DNA from: Massilicoli timonensis
GTDB taxonomy: Bacteria > Bacillota_I > Bacilli_A > Erysipelotrichales > Erysipelotrichaceae
DNA length: 32,000 bases
Direction: 5' to 3'
Assembly: GCF_900199515.1 (NCBI RefSeq)
Contig: NZ_LT963433.1
Span: forward strand, 30,001-62,000
Part shown: positions 25,798-32,000 of the stretch, in pieces
How positions within the stretch are numbered: position 1 is the first letter of the stretch
Layout of the letters: each line of letters begins with the position of its first letter
The notes under the pieces: model-generated
What the model was told of the DNA's origin: nothing
The model's input: the letters and a program-made list of their open reading frames with translations, nothing else
Databases searched by the model: none
Program-made: the position numbers and the translations under genes

Positions 25798-25953
25798 GAT
25801 CCCTCCTATACTTGATTTATAGTTCTATTGTATCATGCTTTTCTTCTGCTTTCATCTCAGCTGAGCAAAAAATCCTGAAAAAGATGAAAATAATGTAAGA
25901 TGCAATTCCCCCTCTTTTTGAAACAGTCGTAATCCTTCATTCTTATTTGGATC

Positions 25954-25992
25954 AAAAAAAAGCGTATAGAAACTTTTGTGCATCTTTCTATG
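25954..25992 (-). terminator. possible rho-independent terminator
   Basis: Minus strand: ATAGAAAG-atgcacaaaag-TTTCTAT followed by acgcTTTTTTTT. The stem is short and AT-rich. Confidence 0.4.
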
Positions 25993-26167
25993 CTTTCAAT
26001 ATCCTAACCGCTTCCCTATTCGTGTCCCTCATATCCAAAAAGAAACAGGACAGAAAACAAAAAAGAACGATAGTCGCGCCACCGTTCTTCATGCTTCCTT
26101 TTTCATCTCATTTACGCTTTATTTTTAAGATGCGATTCGCTCATTTCATCACAATGCCATATTTGTT

Positions 26168-26332
26168 TCATTTTGTCTCTTTGGTAAAATAGAACGTGAA
26201 CACCATTGTGATGATTCCGGCAGCAGTTTCCGCCTGCAATTTCCCGCTGATTGCCATATATCCAAATACAAATCCGGCAATTAACGTCATAATCGATTTG
26301 ATCTTTAACAGATTTTTCAGTGCTTCCAGCAT
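26168..26332 (-). CDS. 54-aa small hydrophobic (holin-like/membrane) protein
   Basis: GGAGAGG RBS 5 nt before the ATG at 26332: MLEALKNLLKIKSIMTLIAGFVFGYMAISGKLQAETAAGIITMVFTFYFTKETK. It is in a different frame from the 113-aa track ORF. Confidence 0.35.
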   Translation of the reverse strand: MLEALKNLLKIKSIMTLIAGFVFGYMAISGKLQAETAAGIITMVFTFYFTKETK

Positions 26333-26546
26333 ATTGACCTCTCCCCTTTTTCCCTGTTTGATGGTGCATGCTTCCTTTGCTCATGCATACTGCCATGTAT
26401 TTATCTATATGTAAAAAACAGGATCCTGCCACTGCCTTCTTCACATGCCTCACATTTCTTATTCAAATGTATCCTTCCATCTGCCCTTTCCCTTTCCGAT
26501 AAAAAAAAGGAAATCTCCTACTTGCAAGACTTCCACGATAAGCAGA

Positions 26547-26622
26547 TGGTGACCCCTGGGCGATTCGAACGCCCGACCCTTTGATTAAAAGTCAAATGCT
26601 CTACCAACTGAGCTAAGGGGTC
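26547..26622 (-). tRNA. tRNA-Lys (TTT), copy 1
   Basis: 76 nt; anticodon loop CTTTTAA; CCA encoded; identical to 26895-26970. Confidence 0.95.
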
Positions 26623-26634
26623 ATAATAAAAAAA

Positions 26635-26710
<76 letters not shown>

Positions 26711-26717
26711 AAATAAA

Positions 26718-26793
26718 TGGTGGAGGTTAACGGGCTCGAACCGCTGACCCTCTGCTTGTAAGGCAGACGCTCTCCCAACTGAGCTAAACCTCC
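26718..26793 (-). tRNA. tRNA-Val (TAC), copy 1
   Basis: 76 nt; anticodon loop CTTACAA; CCA encoded; identical to 27340-27415. Confidence 0.95.
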
Positions 26794-26812
26794 AAATATA
26801 AAGTGATCTTGA

Positions 26813-26886
26813 TGGAGCGGATGATGGGAATCGAACCCACGTAGTCAGCTTGGAAGGCTGAAGTTCTACCATTGAACTACATCCGC
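26813..26886 (-). tRNA. tRNA-Gly (TCC), copy 1
   Basis: 74 nt; anticodon loop CTTCCAA; CCA encoded; identical to 26975-27048. Confidence 0.95.
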
Positions 26887-26894
26887 ATAAAAAA

Positions 26895-26970
26895 TGGTGA
26901 CCCCTGGGCGATTCGAACGCCCGACCCTTTGATTAAAAGTCAAATGCTCTACCAACTGAGCTAAGGGGTC
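26895..26970 (-). tRNA. tRNA-Lys (TTT), copy 2
   Basis: Identical to 26547-26622. Confidence 0.95.
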
Positions 26971-26974
26971 ATAA

Positions 26975-27048
26975 TGGAGCGGATGATGGGAATCGAACCC
27001 ACGTAGTCAGCTTGGAAGGCTGAAGTTCTACCATTGAACTACATCCGC
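26975..27048 (-). tRNA. tRNA-Gly (TCC), copy 2
   Basis: Identical to 26813-26886. Confidence 0.95.
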
Positions 27049-27053
27049 ATACA

Positions 27054-27129
27054 TGGCTGGGGTAACTGGATTCGAACCAGTGGAATGCAGGAGTCAAAGT
27101 CCTGTGCCTTACCGCTTGGCTATACCCCA
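27054..27129 (-). tRNA. tRNA-Gln (TTG)
   Basis: 5' tggggtatagccaagcggtaagg; anticodon loop CTTTGAC; CCA encoded. Confidence 0.95.
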
Positions 27130-27156
27130 ATTACTTACCAATATAAAATAAAATCA

Positions 27157-27240
27157 TGGTGGGAGAGGACAGATTCGAACTGCCGAACCAAAAGGAACTG
27201 AGTTACAGTCAGCCGCGTTTAGCCACTTCGCTACTCTCCC
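27157..27240 (-). tRNA. tRNA-Tyr (GTA)
   Basis: 84 nt with a long variable arm; anticodon loop CTGTAAC; CCA encoded. Confidence 0.95.
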
Positions 27241-27256
27241 ATGTATGATTTATAAA

Positions 27257-27332
<76 letters not shown>

Positions 27333-27339
27333 AAATAAA

Positions 27340-27415
27340 TGGTGGAGGTTAACGGGCTCGAACCGCTGACCCTCTGCTTGTAAGGCAGACGCTCTCCCAA
27401 CTGAGCTAAACCTCC
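27340..27415 (-). tRNA. tRNA-Val (TAC), copy 2
   Basis: Identical to 26718-26793. Confidence 0.95.
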
Positions 27416-27447
27416 ATCTTTTTAACATCCTTGCTTGGTGCTCATAT

Positions 27448-27476
27448 ATAATATCATGGCACCTATATGGTGTCAA
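27448..27476 (-). promoter_or_regulatory. promoter of the 10-tRNA operon
   Basis: Minus strand: TTGACA (27476-27471), 17-nt spacer, TATTAT (27453-27448). It lies about 30 nt upstream of tRNA-Val. Confidence 0.55.
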
Positions 27477-27639
27477 TAACTTTTTTTATTTTTTTCCACT
27501 TTTTGAACCACTGTATTTTAGCGTATTTTTAGTGTGTTTTTACCCATTTTTACTCATGTTTTTCCTGTCGATCCGCATTCGCTTCCAAGTGCTGTAAACA
27601 AGCGATTTCATATGCAAAACAGGCAGAAATAAGTGTAAA

Positions 27640-27684
27640 GAGAAAACAAGATCAGCAGTGCACCTAATGCCTTTCTGCTGATCT
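27640..27684 (-). terminator. rho-independent terminator of xpt
   Basis: Minus strand: AGATCAGCAG-aaaggcattaggtgca-CTGCTGATCT followed by a T-rich tail (tgttttctcttt). It starts 10 nt after the xpt stop. Confidence 0.55.
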
Positions 27685-27693
27685 GATTCACTT

Positions 27694-28284
27694 TTACTGC
27701 TCCTTCTGATCACGAAATACGATCTCTCCGCTTGTTTCATCCATCGACTCTACGATCGCCAATGATGCAAGGCGATATCCCTGCTTTCGCAAACGATCGC
27801 CGCCCTTCTGAAACCCTTTTTCCACGGCGATGCCGATGCCCTCTACCGTTCCGTTCGCCTGTTTCACCAAATCGATCAGCCCCTCCAGCGCACAGCCATT
27901 CGCCAAGAAATCATCAATGATCAATACGTGATCATCCGCATGCAGATATTGCTTTGACACCACGACCCGATTCATTCGATCATGCGTAAAAGAATGAATT
28001 TGTGTCGCATAGACATCTTCATCCATATTGCTTGTCTGTGCTTTCTTCGCAAACACGACCGGCACATCGAAATGTAGACCTGCCATGATCGCAATTCCGA
28101 TTCCGCTCGCCTCGATCGTTAAGATCTTATTGATCGGCCGATCCGCAAATAACCGTTTGAATTCTGCTCCCATTTCATAAAAGAAAGTAACATCCATCTG
28201 GTGATTCAAGAAACTGTCTACCTTCAAAACCTGACTCGTTTTGACCACGCCGTCTTTACGGATCCGCTCCTCTAATCGTTTCAT
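27694..28284 (-). CDS. xpt: xanthine phosphoribosyltransferase
   Basis: [31 protein letters not shown]...[12 protein letters not shown]...[11 protein letters not shown] closely matches the remembered B. subtilis Xpt. Start chosen at the second ATG (28284); the track ORF starts at 28290. Confidence 0.9.
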   Translation of the reverse strand: MKRLEERIRKDGVVKTSQVLKVDSFLNHQMDVTFFYEMGAEFKRLFADRPINKILTIEASGIGIAIMAGLHFDVPVVFAKKAQTSNMDEDVYATQIHSFTHDRMNRVVVSKQYLHADDHVLIIDDFLANGCALEGLIDLVKQANGTVEGIGIAVEKGFQKGGDRLRKQGYRLASLAIVESMDETSGEIVFRDQKEQ

Positions 28285-28412
28285 TGTCATTCACTCCCTT
28301 TTTCACTTCTTGCCGCTTATCTAGTCATTCCCTTTGCATAAATAAAGAAACTACCTTCAACCAGCATACTTCTCTGCTTCATTCACCGTATCATGAGCAC
28401 TTCATCTTCCGC

Positions 28413-28841
28413 TTATGAAGAAAAAGATGAGATCAAGCGAAATACAAAGACATCTTGATCCTCTATCAACACATCATCCATTGCCGGGCACATCCCCGCT
28501 TCCACACAAATACGATTGTTTTCCGATTCAAACACAAGCCATGGTCCTTTTTCCATATCTTGCTTTAACCCGGCTATCTCATTCAGCAGCGAACCGTATT
28601 CACTTTCAACGATTGCCGCATCCAGTTCCTCTTTTTCTTTCAAAAAAGCCGTTAAATTCTCTGTGTCGGTTTGATAGGTTTTCTCCCATACTTGTTTTGA
28701 TGTATCCCCGCTTTCATCCATGACGATGACCGTGATTTGTTTTTCTCCTGTTTCCGCGGATGGCTTCATCCATTCAGATACGATTGCCACACAAAGGATC
28801 AGAAGCAGTGCCATTAGCGCATATACCATTTTTCTTTTCAT
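28413..28841 (-). CDS. DUF4430-domain protein with N-terminal membrane anchor/signal peptide
   Basis: 142 aa. N-terminus MKRKMVYALMALLLILCVAIV, then a beta-rich domain ending GPWLVFESENNRICVEAGMCPAMDDVLIEDQDVFVFRL (DUF4430-like W..f.vNg....g......l.dgD.i.f). AAAGGAGA RBS. Confidence 0.7.
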   Translation of the reverse strand: MKRKMVYALMALLLILCVAIVSEWMKPSAETGEKQITVIVMDESGDTSKQVWEKTYQTDTENLTAFLKEKEELDAAIVESEYGSLLNEIAGLKQDMEKGPWLVFESENNRICVEAGMCPAMDDVLIEDQDVFVFRLISSFSS

Positions 28842-28961
28842 ATCCCAATTCTCCTTTTCTTAAATCCCCCTACCTTGGATGCTCGACCTATCGCTGCTAT
28901 CCGCATAATGTACACATCTTATTTCACTTTTCTTCGCTAGGATCCGCTTACCTGCTCCTTA

Positions 28962-29459
28962 TCAGCCAACCTGCTTTTTGATCCTCGTCAAAACATGAAA
29001 CAGCGGTTCATAAAGGAACAGGGCAGCGATAAAAGTCAATCCTGCCTGAATCAAAGAGGTCTTCATTCCCATCAAAACATAAAGCATCGTAACTCTTGCA
29101 TCAAACAAAAGAAACGGCAGATCGACCAGTTGTCCGCATAAAAACGAAAAACATGCGCAATAAAACGGTATGATTCCCTCATGTTTTCGCAGCCAATTCC
29201 GTGAAAGCGAAAACAGCAGCGCATAAGTGGGAAAGATGATGAGGTATGCGATATTCCACAGCATGATGCCATGAAGCAGCAACTGCAGCAGCGCAAAGAT
29301 CCCCGCCGCAGCGATCACTTCCCTGCGTTCAAATACCAGCGCAAATAACAGCAGTGAAAAGGTGATCAATTCCAGATATAAAATATCCGCAAACATCCGA
29401 AAGATCGCATACAGTACCGCCGCCATGATCGCCGTACGGGTCAGCTGCCTCGTACTCAT
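28962..29459 (-). CDS. polytopic membrane protein, ECF-transporter S-component-like
   Basis: The start Met29 of the track ORF (ATG 29459-29457) overlaps the ygiQ stop as ATGA. About 165 aa with 5-6 hydrophobic helices (LTRTAIMAAVLYAIF...). The family call is tentative. Confidence 0.55.
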   Translation of the reverse strand: MSTRQLTRTAIMAAVLYAIFRMFADILYLELITFSLLLFALVFERREVIAAAGIFALLQLLLHGIMLWNIAYLIIFPTYALLFSLSRNWLRKHEGIIPFYCACFSFLCGQLVDLPFLLFDARVTMLYVLMGMKTSLIQAGLTFIAALFLYEPLFHVLTRIKKQVG

Positions 29460-31303
29460 GTTTTTGAATAGCGCTTCTGTCGATGCGCGCGTTCCTGCTT
29501 GAATGAAGCATTTTGCTTTGGTTTGTTTTTGGGAATCAGGCATTTCGGACCATTCCCGATCAGATCTTCACGATGAGCCTTTTTCAATGCCCGATAAACG
29601 ATTTCATAGTTTTTCGGATAGCTAAACTGCATCAGCGCCCGCTGTTCCAGCTTTTCTTCATAGGTTTTCGCAACATAGACCGGTTTCATATTACGCGGAT
29701 CCAATCCGGTATAATACATACAGGTTGCCAAAGTTCCGGGCGTCGGATAGAAATCCTGCACTTGCTTAGGTGTATGATGGATCTTTTTCAGATAACACGC
29801 CAATTCGATTGCACTGTTGAGATCACAGCCCGGATGTGAGCTCATCAGATAGGGCACCAGAAACTGTTTCTTGCCGAACTGTTTATTTTTCTCATAATAA
29901 CGATCGACAAAACGCAAATACAGTTCTTTACGCGGTTTCCCCATCTTATCCAAAACCGGTGCACTGACATGCTCCGGTGCTACTTTCAACTGTCCGCTGA
30001 TATGATGCTGCACCAAACGATCAAAAAAGGTTTCATCCTTGTCATACATCAGATAATCATAGCGGATACCGGAGCGAATAAATACCTTTTTGACATTTGG
30101 CAGCGCTCTGACTTGATCCAGCATATCGACATAATGACTGTGATTCACTTTCAGATTCGGACATGGCGTCGGCCATAAGCACTGCCGCTTCGCACAGGCG
30201 CCATGTGTCTGCTGCTTATCACAGGCAGGTCGGGAAAAATTAGCACTGGGTCCGCCGACATCATGAATATATCCCTTAAAATTTTTCATCTGTGTGATCG
30301 TTTTGGCTTCCGCTACAACACTTTCCACACTTCGTGTCGAGATGACACGCCCCTGATGAGAGGTAATGGCACAAAATGCACATGCGCCAAAGCAGCCACG
30401 GTTGCTCGTAATGGAAAACTGTACTTCTTCGATCGCCGGCACATAATGATATTTAGGGTGAAAGGTGCGCTCATAGGGAAGTGAATAAGTGAAATCCATC
30501 TGTTCCTGTGTCAATGGCAGCGGCGGCTGATTACAGATCACATACCAGCCCTCATAAGCTTCAATCAGCATTTTAGAATTGATCGCATCCTGATTTTCAT
30601 ACTGGATCATAAAGCTTTTCGCATAGGCGCGTTTATCGGTTCTTACCTGTTCATAGCTCGGCAGCAGAATATAGTCATCAACGATCATATCCAAAGTTTT
30701 GCTTTTCCACACCGTTCCTCTGATATAACAAATATCCTGCACTGCCAAACCGCTGTTCAAAGCATCAGCCACTTCAACGATCGTATTTTCTCCCATCCCA
30801 AACATCAAAAGATCGGCCTGTGAATCGATCAAGATCGACCGCCGTACTTTATCATCCCAATAATCATAATGCGCCAGTCTTCGCAAGCTCGCTTCGATCC
30901 CGCCGATCAGTACCGGCACATCGGGAAATAAGCGTTTTAGGATCTGCGTATAAACGATTGTCGGCCGATCCGGTCGTTTCCCCATGATCCCATCATCACT
31001 GTAAGCATCCTGATCCCTTCTTCGTTTATTCACTGAATAATGATTGACCATTGAATCGATATTGCCGGCGGACACCAAAAAGCCAAGGCGCGGCGTACCG
31101 AATTGTAAAAACTCCTCATCCTTATGCCAGTCAGGCTGCGCAAGAATGGCACAGCTATAACCAAATGCCTGCAAGGTGCGGGTAATGATGGCACAGCCAA
31201 AAGAAGGATGATCGACATAGGCATCACCCAGTACATAGATAAAATCGACCTGTTCATAGCCCTGCTCCTGCATTTCTTCTTTCGTTGTCGGTAAAAAAGC
31301 CAT
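29456..31303 (-). CDS. ygiQ: YgiQ-family (UPF0313) radical SAM protein
   Basis: MAFLPTTKEEMQEQGYEQVDFIYVLGDAYVDHPSFGCAIITRTLQAFGYSCAILAQPDW matches the YgiQ N-terminal domain. CxxxCxxC motif RGCFGACAFCA. Start at Met18 of the track ORF, after AGGAGGG. Confidence 0.9.
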   Translation of the reverse strand: MAFLPTTKEEMQEQGYEQVDFIYVLGDAYVDHPSFGCAIITRTLQAFGYSCAILAQPDWHKDEEFLQFGTPRLGFLVSAGNIDSMVNHYSVNKRRRDQDAYSDDGIMGKRPDRPTIVYTQILKRLFPDVPVLIGGIEASLRRLAHYDYWDDKVRRSILIDSQADLLMFGMGENTIVEVADALNSGLAVQDICYIRGTVWKSKTLDMIVDDYILLPSYEQVRTDKRAYAKSFMIQYENQDAINSKMLIEAYEGWYVICNQPPLPLTQEQMDFTYSLPYERTFHPKYHYVPAIEEVQFSITSNRGCFGACAFCAITSHQGRVISTRSVESVVAEAKTITQMKNFKGYIHDVGGPSANFSRPACDKQQTHGACAKRQCLWPTPCPNLKVNHSHYVDMLDQVRALPNVKKVFIRSGIRYDYLMYDKDETFFDRLVQHHISGQLKVAPEHVSAPVLDKMGKPRKELYLRFVDRYYEKNKQFGKKQFLVPYLMSSHPGCDLNSAIELACYLKKIHHTPKQVQDFYPTPGTLATCMYYTGLDPRNMKPVYVAKTYEEKLEQRALMQFSYPKNYEIVYRALKKAHREDLIGNGPKCLIPKNKPKQNASFKQERAHRQKRYSKT

Positions 31304-31568
31304 CCCATTTCCCTCCTTTTCCTTCCAAGACGATCCTTTCATCGTATTTTTCATCTCATCAATCTATACCAGTAGATTTTAACATGTAAAACCCTAATTG
31401 AAAATATCTAATTAAAAAGCATTTCCTTTCTTTTTCTTACCTCTTTCCATCCGATCAGCGATCATGAAAGATCAGTGATCAAAAAAAACATCTATCGTGA
31501 TGCGCAAGCAAGCCAAACCGCTTTATTATCCATCTGTCTATATCCTAACGGCTATTGCCAAGCAAAGT

Positions 31569-31631
31569 AAAAAAAACACCCTTTGGATAAGGAACACGAT
31601 CGTGCTTTCCACATCTGTCGGGGTGTTTTTC
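31569..31631 (-). terminator. terminator downstream of the desulfoferrodoxin gene (T-runs on both strands)
   Basis: Minus strand: AACACCCC ... (inner palindrome AGCACGATCGTGCT) ... GGGTGTT followed by TTTTTTT. Confidence 0.5.
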
Positions 31632-31651
31632 TTCTTGTTTAGTACGCTTGC

Positions 31652-32000
31652 CTATGCTTCGATTTCGCTCTTCCAAAGACCATGCAGATTGCAATATTCA
31701 TACACAGTGATCGGTCCATGATAATCTCCGATCGGGAATACCGCCTGCGGTTTGTCATCGGCGCTCAGGTTCACTCTTGCCACATGTCCATCATAAGCTA
31801 CCGCGATCCAAGTGATCCAGTGTTCCGGTGTCATCGGATGCTCAACATCCGCAACCTTGACCGAAACAACACCGTTTTCCACACTTGCGACCGGTACATG
31901 CTTTTCCACTGCCGCATCCGTTGTATTTGGTGTCAATTCTTCCATCGGTTTCCCACAGCAGAATACCGGAACCCCTTTATCAAATACTTTTTCCACTACA
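31652..32000 (-). CDS. desulfoferrodoxin / superoxide reductase (N-terminus beyond the right edge)
   Basis: CCGKPMEELTPNTTDAAVEKHVPV...VEHPMTPEHWITWIAV...EYCNLHGLWKSE matches the remembered Dfx motifs. The frame stays open through position 32000, and the track start is only a GTG. Confidence 0.85.
   Translation of the reverse strand, partial: VVEKVFDKGVPVFCCGKPMEELTPNTTDAAVEKHVPVASVENGVVSVKVADVEHPMTPEHWITWIAVAYDGHVARVNLSADDKPQAVFPIGDYHGPITVYEYCNLHGLWKSEIEA

Noticed and set aside
25993-26100. 35-aa hydrophobic peptide ORF (MKNGGATIVLFCFLSCFFLDMRDTNREAVRILKA) on the minus strand
   Set aside because: It is too short, has very tight RBS spacing, and nothing recognisable. The evidence is insufficient to call it.
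26112-26453. 113-aa minus-strand ORF
   Set aside because: It has no RBS and an unlikely composition. An alternative-frame 54-aa membrane peptide with an RBS explains the region better.

Overview
32-kb window from a low-GC Gram-positive (Bacillota-like) anaerobe chromosome, in two compositionally distinct parts. Composition was judged by eye, not computed. Positions 1 to about 19.79 kb are a strongly AT-rich accessory/defence island, and all its cargo genes lie on the minus strand. The cargo is: (i) a translationally coupled operon of a Zn-ribbon PD-(D/E)xK nuclease, a 1032-aa DinG/XPD-like helicase with a Cys-rich (putative Fe-S) insert, and a third gene that runs off the left edge, which matches the predicted pPIWI-RE three-gene module; (ii) a DUF234-type AAA+ ATPase; (iii) a TnpX/TndX-like large serine recombinase with a small upstream ORF; (iv) a decayed HTH/replication-like gene; (v) a Gabija-like pair (OLD-family ATPase-Toprim nuclease plus UvrD-like helicase) preceded by a frameshifted XRE regulator; (vi) a 599-aa orphan with a DUF4365-like nuclease N-terminus. 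Two apparently complete IS elements sit in intergenic DNA: an IS30-family element with 29-bp perfect IRs and a 12-bp target duplication, and an ISL3-family element. From about 19.79 kb onward the DNA is visibly more GC-rich core chromosome. It carries a peptidoglycan-binding domain remnant, a 7-tRNA operon, a Qnr-like pentapeptide-repeat protein, PepT, a four-helix-bundle protein, an M20 metallohydrolase, a 10-tRNA operon with perfect internal duplications, xpt, a YgiQ radical-SAM / ECF-S-like / DUF4430 operon, and a partial desulfoferrodoxin gene. No rRNA and no CRISPR array were seen. The best candidates for poorly described biology are the nuclease / Fe-S helicase / third-gene operon (1-4561) and the DUF4365-like orphan (17775-19574).
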